Positions 11,189-22,690 of a stretch of DNA of 64,000 bases are shown piece by piece. The DNA is from Mobula hypostoma (lineage: Eukaryota). The stretch covers positions 166,720,001 through 166,784,000 of the forward strand of contig NC_086097.1 in assembly GCF_963921235.1 (NCBI RefSeq), given 5' to 3'. A program made the translations under genes and the position numbers. The notes beneath the pieces are model-generated. The model was not told the origin of the DNA and did not search any database. It saw only the letters and a list, made by a program, of their open reading frames with translations. Numbering within the stretch: position 1 is the stretch's first letter; each line of letters begins with the position of its first letter.

Positions 11189-13800
11189 CACAAGATCATA
11201 AGAAAAAGGAGCAGAAGTAGGCCATTCAGCCCATCGAGTCTGCTCCGCAGCTCCCCCATGAGCTAAACTATTCACCCATCTAGTTCCAATTTCTGGCTTT
11301 TTCCCCATATCCCTTGATACCCTGACTAATTAGATACCTGTCAATCTCCTCCTTAAACATCCCCAATGATCGGGCCTCCACAGCTGCATGTGGCAACGAA
11401 TTCCACAAATCCACGACCCTCTGGCTAAAAAAATTTCTCCTCATCTCTGTTTTAACTGGGTACCCTCTAATTCTAAGACTATGGCCTCTTGTCCTGGACT
11501 CACCCACCAAGGGAAATAACCTTTCCACATCTACACTGTCCAACCCTTTTAACATTCGAAATGTTTCTATGAGATCCCCTCTCATTCTTCTATACTCTAA
11601 TGAACACAGTCCAAGAGCCGACAAACGCTCCTCATATGTTAACCCCTGCATTCCAGGAATCATCCTCGTAAATCTTCTCTGAACTCTCTCCAACATCAGT
11701 ACATCCTTTCTAAGATAGGGGGCCCAAAACTGCACACAGCAGTCCAAATGAGGTCTCACTAATGCCCCATAGAGCCTCATCAACACCTCCTTACTCTTAT
11801 ACACTATTCCTCTTGAAATGAATGCCAACATAGCATTCACTTTCCTTACTGCCGATCCAACTTGGTAGTTAACCCTTAGGGTATCCTGCACGAGGACCCC
11901 CAAGGCCCTTTACACTTCCAATTTTTGAATTTTCTCCCCAAATAATAATCTGCCCGATTATTTCTTCTTCCAAAATGTACAACCGTACATTTGTCAACAT
12001 TGTATCTCATCTGCCATTTCTTTGCCCACTCTCCTAAACTGACTAAGTCTCTCTGCAACCTTTCCGTTTCTTCAACATTTCCTGCTCCTCCACCTATCTT
12101 GGTATCATCCGCAAACGTAGCCACAAAACTATTTAATCCATAATCCAAATCATCGATATACATTGTAAAAAGAAGCGGCCCCAACACTGACTCCTGCGGA
12201 ACACCATTAGTAACCAGCAACCAATCAGAATAGGATCCCTTTATTCCCACCCTTTGCTTTCTGCCTACAAGCCAATGCTCCACCCATTTCAATATCTTTC
12301 CTATAATTCCATGGGTTCTCATCTTATTAAGCAGCCTCATATGCGGCACCTTATCGAAGGCCTTTTGAAAATCCAAATACACAACATCCACAGCCTCTCC
12401 CTTGTCAATCTTATTCGAGATTACCTCAAAAAATTCCAATAGGTTGGTGAGGCAGGATCTTCCCTTCATGAAACCATGCTGGCTTCAGTCTATCTTGTCA
12501 TGCACCTCGAGGTATTTCATAACCTCGTCCTTGAGGATTGACTCCAATATCTTTCCAACCACCGACGTCAGACTAATAGGTCTGTAATTTTCTTTTTGCT
12601 GCCTCCTTCCTTTCTTAAATAGCGGAACTACATTTGTGACCTTCCAGTCCTCCGGAACCATGCCAGAGTCTATTGATTCCTGGAAGATCATTTCCAATGC
12701 TTCCACAATCTCCAAAGCCACCTCCTTCAGAACCCTTGGGTGCACCTCATCTGGACAGGGAGACTTATCTATTCTTAGTCCACTTAGCTTCCCAAGCACT
12801 TTCTCTCTAGTAATCTTGACTGTACCTAATTCTATTCCCTGATACCTCTGGCTATCAGGTATATTGCTCATGTCTTCCACTGTGAAGACTGATGCAAAAT
12901 ACTCACTCAGTTCTTCTGCCATCTCTTTGTTACCCATAATAATTTCTCCAGCATCATTTTCAATTGATCCCGTATCTACCCTTGTCACTCTTTTACTTTT
13001 CATATATTTAAAAAAACTCTTAGTATCCTTTTTTATGTTAATCACCAACTTCCTTTCATAATTCATCTTTTCTTTCCTAATGACTTTCTTAGTTTCCTTC
13101 TGTAAGTTTTTAAAAGTCTTCCAGTCCTCATTTTTCCCATTAATTTTTGCTTCCTTGTACGCCGTTTCTTTTGCTTTTATTTTTGCCTTAACCTCTCTCG
13201 TTAGCCACATTTGTGCCATTTTTCCATTCATGATTTTCTTTTTTCTTGGAATATAATTTTCCTGCATTTTCCTTATTTCTTGTAGGAATTTCATCCAATT
13301 CTGCTCTGCCGTCCCTCCATTTAGCTTACTTTTCCAATCGACTTGGGCCAGTTCCTCTCTCATACCACTGTAATTTCCCCTGTTCCACTGAAATATTGAT
13401 ACACCTGATACCAGCTTCTCCTTTTCAAATTTGAAACTGAAGTCAATCATATTATGATCACTACTTCCAAGGGATTCCTTTACCTCCAGCTCCCTAATCG
13501 CCTCAGGTTCGTTACACAGCACCCAATCCAAAACAGCCAGTCCCCTGGTGGGCTTCTGGACAAGCTGATCCAAAAAGCCATCCTGTAGGTATTCTACAAA
13601 CTCCCTCTCCTGAGATCCATTACCTTCCTGACTTTCCCAATCCACTTTCATATTAAAATCCCCCATAATTATCTTGACATTTTCCTTCTGACACGCTTTT
13701 TTTATTTCCAGCTGTAACTTGTAGTCCACATCCCAGCTGCTGTTTGGAGGCCTGTATATAACTGCTATTAGTGTCTTTTTACCCTTGCCATTACCCTTGT
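11189..13800 (-). mobile_element. Young CR1 LINE ORF2 (partial APE endonuclease + RT), few frameshifts
   Basis: ORFs 12485..13813, 11876..12469 and 11280..11903: IYRPP, MGDFN, SDH, YLDFQKAFDKVPH, VPQESVLGP, FADDTK. Confidence 0.93.
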
Positions 13801-14313
13801 TTGGTGTAATCAATTAATGGAAAAATCATATTTATAAAGATCCTTAAAATTTTTAATAATTTTAATACCAAGATAGGTAAAGTAATTTTTAGCAATACTA
13901 AAAGGTACTTGATGACTTGGATCCGAGTAATTATTAATAAGAAATAACTCACTTTTATGTAAATTTAAATTATACCCAGAGAAACTACTGAATTCAGAAA
14001 ATATAGATAACATAGAAGGAATAGATTTCCTAGGATCTGAAATATAAACTAACAGGTCATCTGCATATAATGAAACCTTGTGTATTTTGTCCCCTCTCTT
14101 AATACCCTGAACAGTATTAGATTCTCTAAGAGCAATATCAAGGGGTTCTAAGGCCAAGCTAAATAATAAAGGGCTAAGAGGACATCCCTGTCGAGTACCC
14201 CTATATAATCTAAAATAGGGAGATTTTTGATTATTAGTTATAACTGCAGCCATAGGAGCGTGATAGATCAATTTAAGCCAGGAAATAAATCCCGGGCCAA
14301 GATTAAATCTTTC

Positions 14314-15186
14314 TTTTGATTCAAGAACAGACAATTAAACAAGAAATCCATAAGTCAAAACAAAAATGGGAAACAGATCTGAATATTAATATTGATGAAA
14401 CAATTTGGTCAAGACTCTGTCTTGACAGTATGACAAATACAACAAATGTTCGACTTAGATTAGTACAATATAATTTTTTACACCAATTATATATTGCACC
14501 ACAAAAAATAAATAGATTAAATTCAAATTTATCCGATAAATGCTTTCGGTGTAATCAAGAAATTGGTACTTTTTTACATTCTACTTGGTCTTGTTTTAAA
14601 ATTCAACCCTTTTGGATAAATTTAAGAGTCTTATTGGAACAAATTACTGGAACTCAACTTCCACATAACCCTGTATTATTTCTATTAAGTGATATTGAAG
14701 GGATAAAGCCGAAACTTAAATTGAATAAATATCAGAAAGAATTTATAAAAATTGCATTGGCAGTAGCTAAGGAGACTATAGCAGTTACTTGGAAATCTGA
14801 TTTGTATTTAAGTATGGATCATTGGGATAATGAAATGGCTAGTTCTGTTCCACTCAAAAAAATTACTTATAATTTAAGAGATAAATATGTAACATTTCTG
14901 AATATTTGGCGCCCTTATTTACAAAAGATAGGATGGCATATTTAAGTGCTCCGATAAAGATCTTGGTCCCTTGGGGAAAGTAACGAATAAGTATACCAAA
15001 TTTATTTTGAACTCCATGGAGCATGTGGAAACCTTCCAATACCCAGGCGGCTCTTCTTTTTTTCTTCTTCTTCTTTTTTAGGTAGGACTATATATGGGGG
15101 GGGGGAGGGTTAAGGGGAGGGGGAAGGGTAGACACTATCTTTTCATGTATTCATTTTGAAAATTCAATAAAAATTATATTAAAAAA
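14314..15186 (+). mobile_element. 5'-truncated L1 (ORF2 C-terminus, 3'UTR, polyA)
   Basis: ORF 14316..14945 with CFRC...HSTWSC; AATAAA then an A tail; 15-bp TSD AAGATTAAATCTTTC at 14299-14313 and 15187-15201. Confidence 0.92.
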
Positions 15187-16976
15187 AAGATTAAATCTTT
15201 CCAAAACCTCAAAAAAGTAAGACCACTCCACCCTATCAAAGGCTTTCTCTGCATCAAGAAAAACAACAGATTCAGATTCTTTAGATGGAGAAGAATGAAT
15301 TTTGACACTCTAACTAATCAAGAACCTAACAAACTCATTGGGTAAATATACCCAATGAATATAGCCGCCTATGGCAATGAATTCCACAAATCCACCAACA
15401 AAATTCTACCTTCTTTCTGTTTTAAATGGACATCACTCTATTCTGACTCTGTGCCTTCTGCTCTTTAACTCCACTACTATAGGAAACATCCTCACCACAT
15501 CCACTCAATATTTGATAGGTTTTAATTAGGACCCTTCTTTATTCTTCTGAATTTGAGCCAGTGTAGGCCCAGAGCCATCAAATATTGCTCATATATTAAT
15601 CCTTTCATTCCCAGAATCATTCAGGTGAACCTCCTCTGGACCCTCTCCAATTGAAGCACATCATTTTTAGTTAAGTGGCCCAAAACTGCTCACAATACTC
15701 CCCAGTGCAGTTTGACCAATACCTTATAAAGCCTCAGCACTACATCCTTGCTCTTACATTCTAGCCCTCACAAAATAAATGCTAACAATGAAATGCCTTC
15801 CTTACCACCGACTCAACCTGCAAGTTAACCTTTAGGAAATCCTGCACAAGGACTCCCAAGTCCTGTTGCACCTCTGATTTTTGAATTTCCTTTACGTTAT
15901 TCTGTGCTTTTATTCTTTCTACCAAACTGCATGACCATATACTTCCCTGCATTACTTCCCATCTGCCACTTAGTTGTCCATTTTCCTAATCTGGCTATGT
16001 CCTTCTACAGACTCCCTGCTTCCTCAAAACTAGCTGCCCCTCCACTTATCTTTTATCAATTTCTTCATCCAAATCACTGTCATATAACTTGAAAAGAATC
16101 GGTCCCAACACCAACCCCTGCAGAACACCGGGGGTCACCAGAAAGGTCCCTCTGCTCCCACTCTTTGCCCGCTTCCAGTAGCAGTCAGTCTATTTTCTAT
16201 CCATGCTAGTATCTTTCCTGCAATATCATAGTCTCTTATCTTGTTAAGAGTCTATGGTATCACAGAGTCTCATGTGAGGCACCTTGTCAAAGGCTTCTGA
16301 AAATTCAAGTAAACAACATCCACTGAATGCTATTTCCTCAAAGAATTCCAACAGATTAATCAGGCAAGATTTCCCCTTAAGGAGGCCATGCTGACTTTGG
16401 CCTATTTTATCATGTGCCTACAAGTACTCAGAAACCTCATCATTGATAAGTGACTTAACCATCTTTCTGATTAATGAAATAAGGATAAATGGCCTATAAT
16501 TTCCTTTCTTCCGCCTCCATTCATTCCTAAAGAGTGGAGTGCCATGATTATTGCTTCTCCCCAAGGGAAAACTACCTCAAAGCACTGATGTGATGAAATG
16601 ATCGATATAGATGGCATTCAAAACAAGATTTTTCGCTTTACCTTGGTATGACCTTGGCGTGAGACAATAGTTAACCAATCTACCAACTTCCTGGAAGCAC
16701 TAATGAACATCCAAGTATTTGTTCCATTTAGCACACCGTAGTGAGCACCATGAATTGGGACTTGGGAATATATTGCTGGGGAAACAACCTGGAGTTCTTG
16801 ACTCAATAATGCCATGGGAAGAATTCCATCACAAGCAGTGCAGTGTTTCAGGGCGGCTGGTTACCGACAATTTATCAGGGATAAGTAAATAATGGGCATT
16901 AAACAGCATTAAAAATTGCCATATTTTTGCTGTGCAGCAAAGGGAGAGCTGTATAATTAATTGCATCAAAAATCAC

Positions 16977-17064
16977 CTTCCATTTCTCTTTTACCGAATC
17001 CTCGTTTCTTCTTCTTTTCCTTCATTGCCGATTTGGAATTTTTCATCCAAGTCTGGTAAACGAA
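16977..17064 (-). CDS. PIEZO2: PIEZO2 exon (88 nt, phase 0->1): FVYQTWMKNSKSAMKEKKKKRGFGKREME
   Basis: ctctctgcag|TTC ... GAAG|gtgatt; matches human FVYQAW plus a basic tract; an alternative in-phase donor would end the exon at 16995. Confidence 0.85.
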
Positions 17065-19067
17065 CTGCAGAGAGAGAAGTTTGCAGAGCTTCTTAATCAC
17101 AGTTAAAAGGCAAATGCAGTTCAGTGCAGAACTGTACAAACAGGGTAGGGAAATGAAGCTCAGAGCACAAATGGAATAGAAGTACTGGTATCACAGTGGG
17201 TTCAAAACGTGGATGGCAAATTCAGCTGTTTATTAGAATCGTCAAACTCCTAACTGAACTATGGAGCTTATCATGACAGGTCCAGAAAAAAATCTTCCTA
17301 AAGACATTTATGTAAAAAATAAACTCAGAGTTCTAATGCATGTATTACTTTGCATAGGATAATATAACACAGAGTATCCCAAGACAAATTGGCATGTAAA
17401 ATTTGAAAGTGCTGATTACAAAGTCTTCAAGTGACTTGAAATCAGGAAGGTGCAATTTGAACATAGTGAGTAGGATCCACAGTATAAAGACCAGCATTAT
17501 TCTGGCACTTTTGCCCTCATAAGTCACAGAATATGCGGTATGGGAAATTAAACACTTATTCTATGTTCTATTGCGGTTGTTCTAGAGCAAGCGTGCAAAA
17601 ACATCAATCTGCACTTGGTTGTATTGAACTGACTCTGAGATTGTCTGATGAAAGGTCATCGGCCTGATACATTAAACCTGCTTTTCTTTTCACACACATT
17701 GTCTAACCTGCCAAGCATTTCCAACTATTTTGGCTGCTGTTGGTATTTCTATTTTTTTAATGTTTAAATACCACAAAAAAAGAGAGGCTCATTACCCACA
17801 TGGAAGATTTACAGTACGTCAATCACAAGGCTTCTTCAAAAACAGTGGAATATAATCATGTAATGATTTTAGGCTAACTCGTTCTATTTACGAAATATCT
17901 AATGACAACATCACATAAATATAAAAATAGTAATGTTATATGTTGGAAGATAGGCAAAAATTTGGTCACATATTTGGAGAAGTTGTTAGATTATTAAGAA
18001 AAATGGTTAGTAATTAGTAAAGCTAATATTGGTACCACTGATTTAGTCGCAGTTAGCTGTAAGCCTCTGCCTCAAGAACGATTTTTTTTGACACACAAGA
18101 ATAATTTCTGGTTTCTACAATATTATCTTGACATTTTGTGCCCCACAGTTGGTGTTACCAGTAGTGTCCGCACACACATGCAAAGCAAGCATGATAAAAG
18201 CCTGAAACTGCAACTCCGGTGTAAAGCAAGCGTTAATGCAAGGCATGCACCTTTTGCAAAACTGAAACAAAAATGTTTGTTTAATCTATTAGATGCACAG
18301 AGCACAAACAAAAGAATATACAAAATCAATCAGTAGTCAGAAGATACTATCGCTGCAGCTCTACAAAAACTATCAAATTTCATACTTCCATTTTTTTTCT
18401 TCAACTTTCTTAAAAGTTAGTCACACCTGTTTTAATATATCATTGAAATCTCACAAATAGGTATTTCCACAAAAATGTCCTTTGATTTTACACATTCAAT
18501 GTATTTAATTTGCCTTTAATAGTAATGTTAAATTACAGTAATTGTTGCATTCTGGATTAGCTTTGCATTTTGCTTATCCACAAGTCTTGCATATTGATTG
18601 AAATTGTAATATTTCCAGATAATTGTATTCAGTTCAATTTTGCTTTATATTTGATATTAATTTTTTCCTCGTCAACTTTTCAACTACCCATCTTTCTATG
18701 CAATATCTTAGAATAAGTAAACCATGCAGGTAGAAAGCCAGTTACAATCAACTAAAATGATACTAATTAATGAGGGAAACTGCAATTCCACTTACTGGCA
18801 CTCCCAGGAGATGACAGCAATAACAAATTGTCTGATCACTTCCACTGATATAAATAGACATTACATGATAATTGTACCATTGTGCTTTAACATCCATGTT
18901 TTATTTTTTAAACCATTTCAGTCAATTCAGAAACAAAAAATCTTCATTCAAAATGCTGTACATCCAAAGAACTGCCAGCTAGTGGGAGTTTACTGTATTA
19001 AGTGAGATGACAGATCTTAGAATGAGATACAATGACTGAACACACCCATGGAATATCTAAGAAATAC

Positions 19068-19166
19068 CTTTACACCTCTGGCTACCAACTGAAGTATGGT
19101 TTTTGGTAGTTTTAGGATAGACCTTGGCAATGCTATCATGGCTGATGCAAATTTCCGAACTGCTCT
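19068..19166 (-). CDS. PIEZO2: PIEZO2 cassette exon (99 nt, phase 0->0), equivalent to mammalian exon 33: RAVRKFASAMIALPRSILKLPKTILQLVARGVK
   Basis: ctccttag|AGA ... AAG|gtattt; open and symmetric; resembles the mammalian alternative exon RAIGKFASAILALPKSVIKLPKTILQYLIRAAK (recalled). Confidence 0.9.
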
Positions 19167-19415
19167 CTAAGGAGAAGGACAAAGTGAGGCAATTGTTAGT
19201 AGAGAGGCCCTAAGATCTTTTTCAAGATCTTTGAGGAAAAACTCATGTTAGTGTTTTAAGGTTTTACATTCATCTGGGATGTTATTTATCTTTGGTTTAC
19301 ATGAAGAAGCAAAAATAGCAACAGTTGATTTGGATTAGTGCTGAGATTCCTCCTGAAAATAAATATTCTGAATTTCTAAATTATCTGTGCTTAAAACAGA
19401 AAAGTAATTAGATTT

Positions 19416-19516
19416 AAACACTAGGAATTCTGCAGATGCTGGAAATTCAAGCAACACACATCAAAGTTGCTGCCTGGCCTGCTGCGTTCACCAGCAACTT
19501 TCATGTGCGTTGCTTG
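19416..19516. mobile_element. 101-bp hairpin insertion derived from a Penelope-like terminus
   Basis: Arms CAAGCAACACACATCAAAGTTGCTG / CAGCAACTTTCATGTGCGTTGCTTG; 14-bp TSD AAGTAATTAGATTT at 19402-19415 and 19517-19530. Confidence 0.85.
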
Positions 19517-19679
19517 AAGTAATTAGATTTTCCTCCTTACATTTGAGGTAATAAGTAAGTCATAAGGTGGAATATAGTGGACCTTTTTTTTCTCTTATGA
19601 ACTAATCCCGTTTTGACCTGACAAATGGTTTCACCCCAAAATGTAACAAAGTTAAATATAAAAAAAACTTTGTAAAATA

Positions 19680-20330
19680 CTCTCCACTCAAATCCCTTTA
19701 AAACTCCTTTCTCTCATCTTAAGCATTTGTACTAGTTTTTGATAACCTACAGAGAGGAGAAAGATTCTGACTATCGACACTATCTCTGCCTTTTGCAATT
19801 TTATATCCCTCTATCAAATGATTTATCTACCTCCTCAGCTCCAGAGAAAGCCAACACAGCCTATACAAATTCTCTCCATAACAAACATTCTCCAAACCAA
19901 GTAACATCATGATAAACCTCCTCTTCACTCTTTCCAGTGCAACCACATCCTTCCTATTAAGTGGCAACCAAAACTGCACACAATACTTCCTGTGCAGTCT
20001 AACATAACTTTTCAACTTCTATATTCTATACCCCAACCTGTGAAAATATGAATGTCAACTGGTTCTTCCTTGACCACATAATCTACCTTTCTTAGGCATT
20101 CCCGGGAACCAAGTACATAAACACCAGGTCCTTCTGTTCATCAACGTTCCTCAGCAACCTACCATTTATATCCTGCCACTATTCGACTCCCTACAATGCA
20201 GCACCTTGTACTTGTTAGAATTAAATTCCATCAGCTGACTATCCTCAACTTCTCATCTGATCTAATATATTGCTGTAGTCTAAAACAACTTCCTTGACAG
20301 CCACAGCACCACTAACTTTTGTGACATTTG
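19680..20330 (-). mobile_element. Decayed CR1 RT/3' fragment
   Basis: Peptide YCVQFWLPLNRKDVVALERVKRRF. Confidence 0.75.
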
Positions 20331-20839
20331 CATACAGTGCAGAGGCTCCCGTCCCTGACAGGATTGGTCAAAAAGGTCTGAGGTTGAAGCATTGTGTATG
20401 AGGTATTTTACATCAGTGGATATGGGTAGCACCAGAATTTAGGAAGCCAATGTTATAGTTGCCTTTTGCCATTGGTTCAAAAGTACTTTGAAAGTGTCCA
20501 GGAATTTTAGTTCCCTTTTAGAATGTGGCCATAAACATCTCTAATTGCCCCTGAACGCTGGGGCAGTTCAGTATCAGCCTGTTGTTGGGCCCAGAATGAT
20601 ATTTAGAACAGATCATGATGACAGATTTCCTTTCCCATGGTTTTCCTTTTGATACACCAATTTCATAGTATTTTGCTTCTGAATTTTAGGGGCTTTTAAT
20701 TACTTGAATAAAAATTTCAGGGTAGAATTTGAAATGTTACTGTATCAATGCTCAAAGCCTCTGGATGCCAGTATAGTAATTTAACCACTAGTTATTTGCT
20801 ATGTTTGGTAGGTGCAAGAGGTTTATATAGGGCAGAATT

Positions 20840-22690
20840 TGTTAGGATTCCTGATAGAAAATGTAGACAGGTTCATTAGAGGAGAGGCCATATTGGATCT
20901 AGTACTAGGCATTGAACTTGGTCAGGTGACAGATCTCTCGGTGGACAAGGATTTCGGAGACAGTTACCACAAATCCCTGACCTTTAGCATAGCCTTGGAC
21001 AGGGATAGGAACAGACTGTATGGGGAAGTATTTAATTGGGAGAGAGTTGGTTATGATGCTATTAAGCTGGAACTTTGCAGCGTAAATTGGGAAAAGATGT
21101 CCTCAGGGAAATGTACAACAGAAATGTGGAGGTTGTTCAGGGAGCATTTACATTTGATTTGAGATAGGTTTGTCCAATTGAGGCAGCGAAAGAATGGTAG
21201 GGTGAGGGAACCATTGTTGACAAGAGAGGTCGAACATATAGTTAAGAGCAAGAAGGAAGACGACTTAACATGTAGGAAGCAAAAATCAATCTGGGCTCTT
21301 GAAAGTTATAAAGTAACCAGGAAGGAAATCAAGAAAGGGGGCATGAAAGGACCTTGGTGAGTAGGACTGAGGAAAACCCCAAGGCATTCTACATGTAAGT
21401 TAAGAACAGGAGGATGATTGTAGTAAGTGTAGGACCAATAGGGATTACAGAGGAAACCTAGAGTCAGAGGAGGCAGGGGAGTTCCTAAATGAATACTTTG
21501 CTTCAATATTCACTAGTGAGAGGGACCTTGATGAAGGTGAGATTAGTGTAGAACAGGCTAATGTGTTGGAAGATGTCAAGGCTAAGGAAGAGGATGTGTT
21601 GAAATTTTTGAAAAATATTAGTATAGATAAGTCCCCTGTAGTAAACCATACATACATACATTATATATATATATATCTATGTATGTTGTAACTGGGTTAC
21701 CTGTCTGGACACGCCCCTCTGCTGACTGCCTCTGTGGCTCCTCCCACAGACCTCCTCTCAGTCCACGGACAGACACTCAGCATGCTGGAGGTCACATTTG
21801 ACTGCTAATAAAAGCCTTTCAGTATTTACTCTACCTCCAGTCTTTTGGAGTTATTGATGGTGCATCATCCCCGAGCCGAGACGGGATATACCCTAGGTTA
21901 CGATGGGAAGTAAGTGAAGAATCCTCACTGTTCCATGACCCCAACTCTTTAAGATTTTTATAAATGACTTAGATAAGAAGTGGAAGTGTGGGTTAGTAAG
22001 TTTGCGATGATACCAAGATTCGTGGTGTTGTGGATAGAGTAGAAGGTTGTCGTAGGTTACAACAGGGCATTGGCAAGATTCTGAGCAGGCCTGAGAGCTG
22101 GCAGATGAAGAACTACCTGGAAACAAGTGGGAGGTTGTATCTGAATGCTAAGTACAAGCTTAATGGCAGGATTCTTAGGGAATAGAGGGATCAGGTGTAC
22201 AGATCCTCCAGGCTGCCGTGCAAGATGATAGGGTGGTTAAGAAGGCATATGGTGTCATTATTCAGGGGATTGAGTTAAAGAGCCATGTTAGGCCACACTT
22301 GGGAGTATTGTGTTCGGTTCCGGTCACCTCATTTTAGGAAGGATGAGGAAACTTTAGAGAGGGTGCACAGGAGATTTACCAGGATTCTGCTTGGATTAGA
22401 GAGCACGCCTTAGGAGGAAAGGTTGAACAAGTTAGGGCTTTTCTTTTTGGAGTGAAGGAGGATGAGAGGTGACTTGATGGAGATGTATAAGATGATAAGA
22501 GCCATGGAAAGAGAGGACAGCCAGGGCCTTTTTCCATGGGCAGCAATGGCTAATACAAGAGGGCATATTTTACGTGACGGGGGGGGGGGGGGGGGAGAGT
22601 CATAAGTTATTTATTTATTTATTTTACACAGAGTGGTGGGTGCATGGTATGCACTGCCAGGGGTGCTGTTAGAAGCAGATAAGCTCAAAG
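20840..22690 (+). mobile_element. Decayed CR1 ORF2
   Basis: RGEAILDLVLG, LNEYFASIFT and VGAWYALP peptides, with stops and frameshifts. Confidence 0.8.
21637..21867 (+). mobile_element. Solo LTR (231 bp)
   Basis: Starts TGT, ends TCA, internal AATAAA, 5-bp TSD TCCCC at 21632-21636 and 21868-21872; interrupts CR1. Confidence 0.8.

Larger units (their letters stand above)
9404..15300 (-). mobile_element. 5'-truncated L1-clade LINE (ORF2 RT to 3' end), interrupted by two younger insertions
   Basis: RT motifs RGTRQGCPLSPLLF and SLYADD (13810-14313), C-terminal CDRC...HMYWSC (9767-10366); 9-bp TSD TTTGACACT at 9395-9403 and 15301-15309. Confidence 0.9.
9290..16540 (-). mobile_element. Old CR1 LINE (pieces at about 9290-9403 and 15301-16540) split by an L1 insertion
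   Basis: CR1 3' tail at 9290 continues after the TSD at 15301; decayed RT homology to about 16540. Confidence 0.7.

Noticed and set aside
17345..17527. Hydrophobic 60-aa minus-strand ORF resembling a membrane segment
   Set aside because: No PIEZO homology, no convincing acceptor, and flanking exons already join in frame
18250..18295. Possible 11-nt or 35-nt microexon ending AAAAG|gtgcat
   Set aside because: Not a multiple of 3 in a phase-0 intron; weak donor
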